Part shown: positions 28,531 to 36,960 of the stretch, piece after piece
How the letters are laid out: every line of letters begins with the position of its first letter
How positions within the stretch are numbered: position 1 is the first letter of the stretch
Origin: an uncultured Dehalococcoidales bacterium
GTDB taxonomy: Bacteria; Chloroflexota; Dehalococcoidia; Dehalococcoidales; Fen-1064
NCBI GenBank assembly: GCA_964611805.1
Contig: CAZTBG010000002.1
Location: 3,053 to 63,026, forward strand
Reading direction: 5' to 3'
DNA: 59,974 bases
Position numbers and translations under genes: made by a program
Notes under the pieces: model-generated
What the model was told of the DNA's origin: nothing
The model's input: only the letters and a program-made list of their open reading frames with translations
The model's database searches: none

Positions 28531-29962
28531 TTTCTCGATAGAGAGTGTGGCATCAAGCTACAGTCCGGAAGAAGCAGCCCTGCTGATGCGTCTCAGGGTA
28601 TTCGTTACCATGAGGTGGATAGCTATTCTCGGGATGCTTGCTGCTACTCTTGTCACATCCCTGATACTTGACATCAAATTCCCTACTTTACCGGTTTACC
28701 TCATCTGTCTGTTAATAGCCCTGTATAATATTGTGTTCTATTTTCAACTCCGGACTCTAGGTGGAGGGCAGCCGGGTACGATAGTCCATAAAGCCCGGAT
28801 ATATGGCAATGTGCACATTTTTCTTGACCTGCTTGCGCTAACCGTACTCCTACATTTCACCGGCGGGATAGAGAATCCTCTGGTATTTTTCTACGTTTTC
28901 CACATAGTCTTGGCAAGTATCGCCCTAAACTTCAGGGTGGTATATATAGTAGCCACGGGTGCTCTAATGATGGTGGGGCTTCTTGTTGGTCTGGAGTACG
29001 CCAAAGTAATACCTCATGTTAACTTGGAAGGATTTGCTGACCCCACGCTCTATCAGGACGGAGTTTATATCTGGGCCATTTTGCTTGCCCTGGCAGCAAT
29101 TCTGTACGGTACTACCTACATGGCGACTGCTATTTCCGGTGAGTTGAGGAAGAGGCAACGGCAGGTGGTGCAACTGGGCGAGCAGCTCCTCGAAGAGAAG
29201 AAGGACGAACTGGAACAGGTTTCCAGAGAGAAGGCCGAGCTTGCTGAGGAAAAAGAACGCTTCCTCCAGTTCCTCAGTATCGCCGCTCATGACCTGAAAG
29301 CACCCCTTACTGCTATCCAGGGATTTCTGTGGGTGATGGTGGGCGGGTATGCCGGCGAGTTGACAGACAAACAGAGAAACATGCTTGAAAGAAGTAGCAG
29401 GCGGATTACCGAACTGCTAAATCTAATCAGCGACCTGCTGGATATCCCGCGCATTGAGACCGGGCAAATCATCCCGGAGATGAAAGACATTTCCCTGCGA
29501 CAGGTACTCAGGAACTGTCTTCAGGAACAGCGCAAGGTAGCTAAAGAAAAGGGGTTGAGACTCGTGGTTGAGCTACCGGACAAACTCGATAGAATTCGCG
29601 GCTCAAGCCCTCGCTTACAACAGGTAGTCGCGAACCTGATAGGAAATGCGATACAGTATACTGATGACGGCACAATAACCGTTAGCGTAAAAGATCTAGG
29701 TGACGACATACAGGTTGAAATTAAAGATACGGGGATTGGTATTCCAGAAGATGATATGCCACGATTATTCGAAGACTTTTTCCGGGCGAGTAATGTGGAA
29801 GTAAAGGGAACTGGTCTGGGACTCTCTATTGCCAAGAGGATAGTAGAGGCACACAACGGCAAGATATGGTGTGAGAGTCCCTGCCCAGAGACCAACCAGG
29901 GGAGCAGGTTCACTTTTACCTTACCCAAAATGAGGAAACATTCACGGAGGCAAAAGCGATGA
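28520..29962 (+). CDS. Membrane sensor histidine kinase
   Basis: Polytopic N-terminal domain with FTGGIENPLVFFYVFH, coiled-coil, H-box FLSIAAHDLKAPL, N-box NLIGNAIQYT, G-boxes DTGIGI and GTGLGLSI. Overlaps the metV stop and the metF start. Confidence 0.85.
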   Translation: MNSNFSIESVASSYSPEEAALLMRLRVFVTMRWIAILGMLAATLVTSLILDIKFPTLPVYLICLLIALYNIVFYFQLRTLGGGQPGTIVHKARIYGNVHIFLDLLALTVLLHFTGGIENPLVFFYVFHIVLASIALNFRVVYIVATGALMMVGLLVGLEYAKVIPHVNLEGFADPTLYQDGVYIWAILLALAAILYGTTYMATAISGELRKRQRQVVQLGEQLLEEKKDELEQVSREKAELAEEKERFLQFLSIAAHDLKAPLTAIQGFLWVMVGGYAGELTDKQRNMLERSSRRITELLNLISDLLDIPRIETGQIIPEMKDISLRQVLRNCLQEQRKVAKEKGLRLVVELPDKLDRIRGSSPRLQQVVANLIGNAIQYTDDGTITVSVKDLGDDIQVEIKDTGIGIPEDDMPRLFEDFFRASNVEVKGTGLGLSIAKRIVEAHNGKIWCESPCPETNQGSRFTFTLPKMRKHSRRQKR

Positions 29963-30876
29963 AGGCAGGTACCAACTTGGAGAAGGTCTTAGAAAGCGGT
30001 AGATTTGCCGTCACTGCCGAGGTCGGCCCGCCGAAAGGGCCCAGTGCAGCCGTAATTCGCCGGAGGGGGGGAATTGTCCGGGACTATGTTGACGCCGTTA
30101 ATGTCACCGACAATCAAACTGCGGTAGTCCGTATGTCAAGCCTGGCTGGCTGTGTAATCCTGAAAACACTCGATGTCGACCCGGTGATGCAGATTGTCTG
30201 CCGGGACAGGAACAGAATAGCTATTCAAAGTGATGTGCTCGGTGCTGTTGCCCTAGGTATCGGCAACATACTCTGTCTTTCCGGCGACCATCAGAAATTC
30301 GGTAACCACCCGAGCGCGAAGGGCGTATTTGATATTGACTCTATGCAGCTGATCCAGACGCTGAAAAATATGAGGGATGAGAAGAAATTCATCTGTGACG
30401 AGGACATTACCGGGGAGGTACCCATCTATATCGGCGCTGCGGCAAACCCGTTTGCCGACCCCTTTGAGTTCCGCGTAACAAGGCTTGCCAAGAAGGTCAA
30501 GGCCGGGGCTGATTTCATTCAGACTCAGGCGGTGTACGATGTTCCAAAGTTTCGCCGTTGGATGGAAATGGTCTGTGAGCGAGGGCTGGACCGGCAGGTG
30601 CACATCTTAGCAGGGATTATACCGATAAGGTCGATAGGTATGGCCCGCTACATGCGAGATTACGTTGCTGGTGTGTCAGTGCCCGATGAGATTGTTACCA
30701 GGTTAGAAAAGGCAGAAAATGCCCGGGAAGAAGGGGTGAAAATTCCACTGGAGATTATCGAACAGCTCAAGGAGATTCCGGGCATCCACGGCATACACAT
30801 CATGGCAGTAGGCTGGGAGGAAATTGTCCCTGATATCGTAGAAAAGGCTGGATTGTTGCCGAGACCTGTGTTATGA
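29959..30876 (+). CDS. metF: Methylenetetrahydrofolate reductase (MetF)
   Basis: MTHFR family layout (VNVTDNQTAVVRMSS.., CRDRNRIAIQSDVLGA.., LCLSGDH). Confidence 0.85.
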   Translation: MKAGTNLEKVLESGRFAVTAEVGPPKGPSAAVIRRRGGIVRDYVDAVNVTDNQTAVVRMSSLAGCVILKTLDVDPVMQIVCRDRNRIAIQSDVLGAVALGIGNILCLSGDHQKFGNHPSAKGVFDIDSMQLIQTLKNMRDEKKFICDEDITGEVPIYIGAAANPFADPFEFRVTRLAKKVKAGADFIQTQAVYDVPKFRRWMEMVCERGLDRQVHILAGIIPIRSIGMARYMRDYVAGVSVPDEIVTRLEKAENAREEGVKIPLEIIEQLKEIPGIHGIHIMAVGWEEIVPDIVEKAGLLPRPVL

Positions 30877-30894
30877 TTCTGCAGGAGGTTTGAT

Positions 30895-31302
30895 ATGGCG
30901 GAGAAGATTCTCATAGTCGATGATGACCCCGACATCTTGGATGCCCTGACAATGATTCTTGAATCGCAGAACTACGAAGTTGTAACCGCACGAGACGGTG
31001 TTGAAGGTCTGGCAAACCTCAAAGCCGAAGAACCTGACCTCATGATACTCGACTTATTAATGCCGAAGATGGACGGCTTTAGCGTTTTAAAAGAACTTCA
31101 GGATCCGAGATGGTCCAAATATAAGAGCATACCGATTCTAATTCTGACCTCAGTGAGAGAAGAAGCCAGCCGGCGCCGCTATGAACTGGAAACGGGCCTG
31201 GAGTTGGGTGTTGATGATTACGTGGAAAAACCGATGCTCCCGGAGGTTTTACTTGAGCGGGTTGGGAAGCTTATTAGAAAAAAGAAGAAAGGGCGTACCT
31301 AG
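30895..31302 (+). CDS. Stand-alone receiver-domain response regulator (CheY-like)
   Basis: ILIVDDDPD, phospho-acceptor context LMILDLLMPKMDG; the 135 aa include no output domain. Confidence 0.9.
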   Translation: MAEKILIVDDDPDILDALTMILESQNYEVVTARDGVEGLANLKAEEPDLMILDLLMPKMDGFSVLKELQDPRWSKYKSIPILILTSVREEASRRRYELETGLELGVDDYVEKPMLPEVLLERVGKLIRKKKKGRT

Positions 31303-31335
31303 AGTCTATTTTAAAGCTTCAGTACGGAAGGGAGA

Positions 31336-31740
31336 ATGAGGATGCAAGACAAGGCTAAAATACTGATTGTTGACGATGATGTTGACTTCGCAGAATCCGT
31401 TAAGACTATCCTTGAGGCTAAGCCTTATAATGTAATTGTTGCCACTCAGGGGGACGAGGGACTGCAAAAGGCAAGGAATGAGAATCCGGACCTTATTCTA
31501 CTGGATGTGATAATGCCAGTGAAGGACGGATTTACAGCTGCCGAGCAGCTCAAGAAAGACCCCGAACTTTCCAAGATACCCGTAATAATGCTCACGGCTT
31601 TTTCGGCCAAAGGTGGGGAGACTTCAATTCCAAGAAGTCGGGGGTACACTCTTGAGACCGAAGATTATATTGAGAAACCGGTACGTCCTCAGGACCTGTT
31701 GGCAGCGGTGGAAAAAGCACTGCGAATAGCCTCTTCATGA
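31336..31740 (+). CDS. Stand-alone receiver-domain response regulator (CheY-like)
   Basis: ILIVDDDVD, LILLDVIMPVKDG; the 134 aa include no output domain. Confidence 0.9.
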   Translation: MRMQDKAKILIVDDDVDFAESVKTILEAKPYNVIVATQGDEGLQKARNENPDLILLDVIMPVKDGFTAAEQLKKDPELSKIPVIMLTAFSAKGGETSIPRSRGYTLETEDYIEKPVRPQDLLAAVEKALRIASS

Positions 31741-31947
31741 TCGAGAACCGTTCTTAACTGCATAAACACAGCTATATAAGTCTACCTGTGGAGACTGTAC
31801 CACAGACTGTGGCTAGTACGCCATAGGCGAGACGTGTAAAGAATGGACACCAAGTTTTTCAGTGGTATAAGCTAATAGAAATTTGGAGCATTTTCCTACT
31901 AAGTAAACATTGTTTAAGTAGTCCCGAATAATTATCCGGCAATATAT

Positions 31948-31980
31948 AAAAGGCATCCCTGCCGCTGGGATGCTTTTTAT
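31948..31980 (+). terminator. Intrinsic terminator
   Basis: GCATCCC (31953-31959) pairs with GGGATGC (31967-31973), followed by TTTTTAT; A-tract upstream. Confidence 0.6.
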
Positions 31981-31999
31981 TACCCTTTTCTTTCATTCT
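31981..31999. repeat. Left copy of an 18/19-bp direct repeat (TACCCTTTTCTTTCATTCT)
   Basis: Matches 32651-32668 with one single-base indel; lies directly after the terminator. Confidence 0.6.
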
Positions 32000-32265
32000 C
32001 TTTTGGCGGATTACCCACATACTAGCTAGCCCTTGAAATTTGACCTTATGACTTATTGTTATGGACCCCTATGGTGAATTAGGTCGGTTATTTGATATAT
32101 GGGAATATGCGTATAACATGGATTATACGTGGTGAGTTGAGGTAAGGTCAGGTGTGCGCTGACAATTATGGGTAAGCCAACTCTTGCTAGGATCGCTATT
32201 TATACAGAAGAGACTATCTTAAGTAGCTATAGTATAACTAAAATCTTAGTAAAACATTAGGTTCA

Positions 32266-32385
32266 TTGAATCTATCAACGGCAATAATAGACCAACAGCT
32301 CGACCGGGTTTTACCTATTAGCCAACAATTGGAAGCTCAAATGTGTGAAATTGGGTTCGTAAATACACATTCCGATGCTTTGTAG
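32266..32385 (+). pseudogene. Truncated third member of the small-ORF family found at 32844 and 33153
   Basis: TTG-initiated 39 codons LNLSTAIIDQQLDRVLPISQQLEAQMCEI.., paralogous to MKSTVAIHEELDRVLTQVELED..QAMEIY of the 32844 ORF; shared DNA string GACCGGGTTTTA. Confidence 0.35.
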
Positions 32386-32650
32386 TCTGGATTATTACCA
32401 CAACCGCGTACTTCTTCCAGAGATGGACGATTACCTCATCGTCTTGGAAGGTAAAAGCAGGACATTGGGATAATCAACTAGCCTCACATGCACTTGATTG
32501 TCACAATTTAGTATCATGTGGACTATCATTCACCCCGACTTTCGGTGTTACCAAAGTGTAATTTGAAACATTCCTGACCCTCGGATTCAAATGTTTAGGC
32601 ATTTCAGGCAAGTCAGATTTAACCACGTAGTCACCAAACCTAAGTCAGTA

Positions 32651-32668
32651 TACCCTTTTTTTCATTCT
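32651..32668. repeat. Right copy of the 18/19-bp direct repeat (TACCCTTTTTTTCATTCT)
   Basis: See 31981-31999. ATTACCCAC follows the left copy and its near inverse GTGGGATAAT follows the right copy. Confidence 0.6.
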
Positions 32669-32843
32669 GGCCACGTGGGATAATCTCAGATAGTTAACCT
32701 TACTAAAGTACCATTACTTTACTATCATACAGGGTATATACGTAAGTACTGCTTTTAAAGATTAGGACTAATCTGAATACGATTCATATACACACCTTCT
32801 GATACAAAACAATGAGAATTTCTATTTACAGGGAGAGATTATC

Positions 32844-33101
32844 GTGACAAGAGACGGAATGAAATCCACTGTAGCAATTCATGAAGAACTAGACCGGGTT
32901 TTAACCCAGGTAGAGCTGGAGGACTACCTTTCAATGGCATCCCAGGCTATGGAGATATACGAGATGTTTGATAAGGCTGATGCCATCGGCTCGGATTACG
33001 GCCAGGGTTATCAGGATGGATTCTGGACAGGACATAAGCTCGACGCGAAATATCAACTGGCCAAAATGGAGTCTATTGAAGAGAAGCTCTCGATTTTTTA
33101 G
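32844..33101 (+). CDS. Small hypothetical protein (85 aa), member of a local paralogous family
   Basis: GTG start preceded by GGGAGAG; C-terminal SDYGQGYQDGFWTGHKL motif recurs in the next ORF. Confidence 0.5.
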   Translation: MTRDGMKSTVAIHEELDRVLTQVELEDYLSMASQAMEIYEMFDKADAIGSDYGQGYQDGFWTGHKLDAKYQLAKMESIEEKLSIF

Positions 33102-33152
33102 AGCAATGCGGATACTGGATGTTATCTATGTAGTGCTACATGAGATACCACA

Positions 33153-33371
33153 ATGTTGATAAGTAGGGGGAAATACCATAGCGATATCAATGCCGCTTAT
33201 ACAAGAGGGCTTGAGCAGGGCTTCGAACTATCACGAAAGCTAAAACGAATTCGTGAGGGAAAAAACCAGGAGTCTTCTTCCCCACTTGATATGAATAAAT
33301 CGGAAGAATCGTCACTATTACTGCAGCAACTGATTGATATCGCTGAACGTAAAGTGATCAAATTGAGATGA
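33153..33371 (+). CDS. Small hypothetical protein (72 aa), shares the G(Y/L)(Q/E)(D/Q)GF motif with the 32844 ORF
   Basis: SDINAAYTRGLEQGFELSRKL parallels SDYGQGYQDGFWTGHKL; no clear RBS. Confidence 0.4.
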   Translation: MLISRGKYHSDINAAYTRGLEQGFELSRKLKRIREGKNQESSSPLDMNKSEESSLLLQQLIDIAERKVIKLR

Positions 33372-33479
33372 ACTATTATTCAACGTTCAAGGAATATGCG
33401 ATAGGCGAGTACCAGATTACGGCATGCGCACTAGGAAGCGTGACTGCTTCATTACAGCCTCAGCATTAGGAGAGTTTAT

Positions 33480-34187
33480 ATGGCAAAACTGTCGAAGTAT
33501 ACCGGTCTAATATCTACTGGAAATGATGAGCTTGACAAGAAAATGGGGGGAGGGATACCACCTAACTCTCTCAGTCTGATAGAGGGACAGCCGGATTCGG
33601 GGAAATCTGTCCTGTCACAGCAGATGATATGGGGTTCTCTCAGAAACGGATGCAAGGTAGCCATCTTCACCACGGAGAACTCTGTGAGGAGCCTCATCAC
33701 ACAAATGAAGAGCCTGAATCTTAGCATCCTGGATTATTACCTACTCTCCAGACTATATATCTATCCTATAGATGCTAAAAAATCAGCGGGCGGCATGAAT
33801 ACCGGACTAATTCCCATGATTCAAAATTGTGCCTTGGAAGGTTTTAACTTGGTGGTTGTTGACTCTATTACTTACTATGCTACTCATGTCACTATTACTG
33901 AGCTGATTACCTTTTTCGAGGACATGAAAGCTCTAACCAGTAAAGGACTGAGTATCATTTGCAGCGTTCACCCCTATGCCTTTGATGAGAGTACACTTAT
34001 CAGAGTAGGAGCCATGTGTGACGCTCACCTGAGGCTACGCATTGAGACCATGGGGACTAAGTTGGCAAAAATTCTGGAGGTAGCCAAGATACGCGGCGCT
34101 GCCCAGAAGACAGGCAACGTAATCACGTTTGACGTCGAACCAAATTGGGGCATCAAGGTTATACCATATGCCAAGGCGAGGGCCTAG
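33480..34187 (+). CDS. KaiC/RecA-superfamily ATPase, archaellum ArlH (FlaH)-like
   Basis: ISTGNDELDKKMGGGIPPNSLSLIEGQPDSGKSVL (Walker A), LVVVDS (Walker B without the following Glu), VHPYAFDES, ITFDVEPNWGIKVIPYAKARA. Colinear with archaeal FlaH as recalled; AGGAGAG RBS. Confidence 0.8.
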   Translation: MAKLSKYTGLISTGNDELDKKMGGGIPPNSLSLIEGQPDSGKSVLSQQMIWGSLRNGCKVAIFTTENSVRSLITQMKSLNLSILDYYLLSRLYIYPIDAKKSAGGMNTGLIPMIQNCALEGFNLVVVDSITYYATHVTITELITFFEDMKALTSKGLSIICSVHPYAFDESTLIRVGAMCDAHLRLRIETMGTKLAKILEVAKIRGAAQKTGNVITFDVEPNWGIKVIPYAKARA

Positions 34188-34194
34188 AAGCAGC

Positions 34195-34329
34195 CACGCT
34201 TCCCTAATGCTTAGACAGGGTATTCACCCTTAGATAGTGTATGAATGGTTAAGCCATGCCATTATCCAAATCACTCTTTAAACATATAGTCACGTTGCCC
34301 CGAGATCCGCTCCAACTGTTCTCATTAAT
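34195..34329 (+). pseudogene. 3' relic of a tyrosine recombinase/integrase
   Basis: One frame reads HASLMLRQGIHP*IVYEWLSHAIIQITL*TYSHVAP, colinear with the HxxAxxLLxxGvxxxxIqexLGHssIqtTxxYtHv box II; in-frame TAG 34231 and TAA 34279. Confidence 0.7.
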
Positions 34330-34404
34330 ACGTATAATTGCACTTATACGCGTGGATTCAGGCATTTTGCCAGTCATCTTTTAGACTCTCGCCTCACACA
34401 AAGC

Positions 34405-34938
34405 CTACGGTAACGTTGAAACCGCGATCTTGAACAACTCATCCCTTGAGAACTGATTGCTGGAATAGAGCCGCAAGGTAGAACTCGGGAACTGGTCAGT
34501 ACCGTACTCCCACCACAGCACGTATTTACCGTCCTTATCTTCGAGCCGACCGCCCACCTCTGGGACGGATTGTGCCCAAGGCATCTTGAGGCCAAGGCCA
34601 AGCTCATGCCAGCCAATGTTCAGTACGAGGCGGCAGGTAAACTGTTTGCCTTGCCATCGTACCGCCTGGTCGGAGATCAACAACCAAATTTGAGTCACCT
34701 GAGGACTGCTGTTCGGCGATTCATAGTAATACACTTCTCTTACCTCGTAGCCCAGCGGTAGATAAGCTGGCATTGGTAATTTGGTACTTAATAAGAATCC
34801 AAGCTTTGGAATGGTGGTCTTCTGCCAGCCGCTCTCAAGCTGGTCAGACAAAGAAGGGCCAGAATAAACAGGCTTTTCCTGAGAGGTTGTGCACCCGGTG
34901 GTGAGTACCAACAGCATAGGAATCATGGTTGAACACAA
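34405..34938 (-). CDS. Lipoprotein, DUF4367-like
   Basis: Signal peptide with lipobox LTTGC; PAYLPLGYEV segment typical of DUF4367 as recalled. Confidence 0.6.
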   Translation of the reverse strand: MCSTMIPMLLVLTTGCTTSQEKPVYSGPSLSDQLESGWQKTTIPKLGFLLSTKLPMPAYLPLGYEVREVYYYESPNSSPQVTQIWLLISDQAVRWQGKQFTCRLVLNIGWHELGLGLKMPWAQSVPEVGGRLEDKDGKYVLWWEYGTDQFPSSTLRLYSSNQFSRDELFKIAVSTLP

Positions 34939-35240
34939 TCTTTAGAATCTTCATGGTTTTCCCCTAGGCTTGGTTCTCTATTATACTCTATATATTTATA
35001 ATATATACTCTTGCTTTCAGACCTCGAATAATCTGATGTTCTCTGTGTTGCTCTACATTTCATTACACGAAATAGCGTAGTGTGCGGCACTACTTTTAAG
35101 CTAGAGAGTCACTCGTTCGGGCGTGTAATTGCAGTTAAACGCTAATCCAAATTGCACAAACCTCGGTTTTAGTATATCGATGCATTACGAGCATACCAGA
35201 TAGGGGTGCAGACACTCTAAGGGAGATACCAATATATTCT

Positions 35241-35269
35241 TTGACAGATGGACTAACTACTGCTACAAT
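35241..35269 (+). promoter_or_regulatory. Candidate sigma70 promoter TTGACA-17-TACAAT
   Basis: TTGACA 35241-35246, 17-nt spacer, TACAAT 35264-35269; upstream of the 35356 gene. Confidence 0.45.
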
Positions 35270-35355
35270 CTGGACGGATACGTTACAGTAAAGAAATTTA
35301 AAGAAAGGCCTCGAATCAATACCTTGACTGAGAATCGCTGAATCGGGATAAAGAG

Positions 35356-36129
35356 ATGGGCATGAGATGGCTATCTTTGTCGGTCCTTCTATTATTAGCT
35401 ACACTCGCCTTCCCCATGGGTGGATGCAGTAAGCAGGATGAAACGACTGAGACATCTCCAGGTAACGCAGCGCCATCTACAAGCGGGATGACATGGGAAG
35501 AACTTGAAGTACGGATTGCCAGTGGAAGAGCAATAGCAGAAGAAATAATAAACCTGATACCCGAGAATAGGGTCTGGCTACCACCCGTGCCTCCGGTAGG
35601 CGGAGAAAAGGTGCGCCTATTGACAGCCGAAGAAAAGAATAGAATCCTCCAGATAGCCATGTCTTTTGCTCCGGTACTTGAAGCCCAGGGATACACAGAT
35701 GTATCAAGTGTGGACGAACGCGATTATTTCTGGAAGTCATATGGTAATGAGGAAGCTGTAGATGTTAGTAATACATATATGGAAAAACGGGGTATAAGCC
35801 AGAAGCTCGATGAATACATGGGGGATAAATGCTACCCCGGAGTTTTTCTTCTATTCCGTACTCAATATGAAAACTATGCCTACGCGGCAATGTATATCAC
35901 CGTCAACCCAGAGCAGGAGAGCGTGATATATGTTGATGGATTCGTCGAAGCTATTGATTTACCGCCAGGGTATGAATCATCTGGCATAAACCCGAAATCA
36001 TTTACCTTAGATGGGAATAACCTCCTCAGTCCTCTAAATCCAAATTATGACCCCAGCGGGATTTGGGGTGGTGAAGGGACTCGCTTTGGCCCTCCCTGGG
36101 ACTACAGTAATACTGTCCCTGGGGAATAG
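35356..36129 (+). CDS. Hypothetical lipoprotein
   Basis: Signal peptide LLLLATLAFPMGGC followed by polar mature protein. Confidence 0.6.
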   Translation: MGMRWLSLSVLLLLATLAFPMGGCSKQDETTETSPGNAAPSTSGMTWEELEVRIASGRAIAEEIINLIPENRVWLPPVPPVGGEKVRLLTAEEKNRILQIAMSFAPVLEAQGYTDVSSVDERDYFWKSYGNEEAVDVSNTYMEKRGISQKLDEYMGDKCYPGVFLLFRTQYENYAYAAMYITVNPEQESVIYVDGFVEAIDLPPGYESSGINPKSFTLDGNNLLSPLNPNYDPSGIWGGEGTRFGPPWDYSNTVPGE

Positions 36130-36295
36130 AGTCATCTTTACAAGAAGACCACTGATGCTGTGTTGTATTTACATATCCCTGCCGTTGTCAGTCACAATCA
36201 CTCAGCATGTTAATTATCTGGCAGGTACCAATTAAAAATACCTGAGTAAGAATGACTATTTACACTCCCTCTAGTTTTACTTTGGAATGTGAGAA

Positions 36296-36427
36296 GTGAA
36301 ACAGCAATTGAGATTCTACGTAATAGTTCTAGTCGTCATCCTGTCGACGAGTGCCATATTCATCGCTGGCTGTAGCTGTCTGCACCAAGCTGGCCAGCCA
36401 TATGATCTGAAGTACCCGGCCACCTGA
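36296..36427 (+). CDS. Small putative lipoprotein (43 aa), below the ORF-track cutoff
   Basis: GTG start; VKQQLRFYVIVLVVILSTSAIFIAGCSC.. has charged N-region, hydrophobic core and lipobox IAGC; TGA at 36425. Confidence 0.35.
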   Translation: MKQQLRFYVIVLVVILSTSAIFIAGCSCLHQAGQPYDLKYPAT

Positions 36428-36456
36428 TCCAACATGTACAAGAGGAGAAAACGGAT

Positions 36457-36960
36457 GTGAAGCTGTCTGTTACTCAGATAGTATTAGGAATTCTTATCGT
36501 ACTAGCTGCCTGCTATATCGTCTGGTGGATGATATTCGGCGTAACGGAGCTACTAAACTTGAAAATACTCAACGAAAGCGGTGCGATGGTAGCAGATTAT
36601 ACTCCCGAATATGAAGCTCTTTTCCCTATTGCTAGATATGCTTCCTGCCTGTTATTGGGGCTTGGATTGGTGGTGCTGGTCAATGGGGTTTTATGGAAGA
36701 AAGTTGAAAATAAAACGAAACAAGCCATTGTTCAGATTGCTGCTGGTGCCTTAACATTTGCTTTATCCGCTTTTATTTTGATATGTGGGTATTCATTTGA
36801 TTATATCGTAGCCATAGAGGGTGGCCCCATATTAGACTTAGGCTGTGCAAGGGTATGCACCTTTCTTACTTCTCTACTAGGGCTGGCAGCGTTCGGAGTA
36901 GGCATAGCCCAATTTAATTTATTAGTGCGAGGAAAAAGACACTCCATGAAATCAATTTAG
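36457..36960 (+). CDS. Integral membrane protein, four predicted TM segments
   Basis: 167-aa ORF with four long hydrophobic stretches. Confidence 0.6.
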   Translation: MKLSVTQIVLGILIVLAACYIVWWMIFGVTELLNLKILNESGAMVADYTPEYEALFPIARYASCLLLGLGLVVLVNGVLWKKVENKTKQAIVQIAAGALTFALSAFILICGYSFDYIVAIEGGPILDLGCARVCTFLTSLLGLAAFGVGIAQFNLLVRGKRHSMKSI

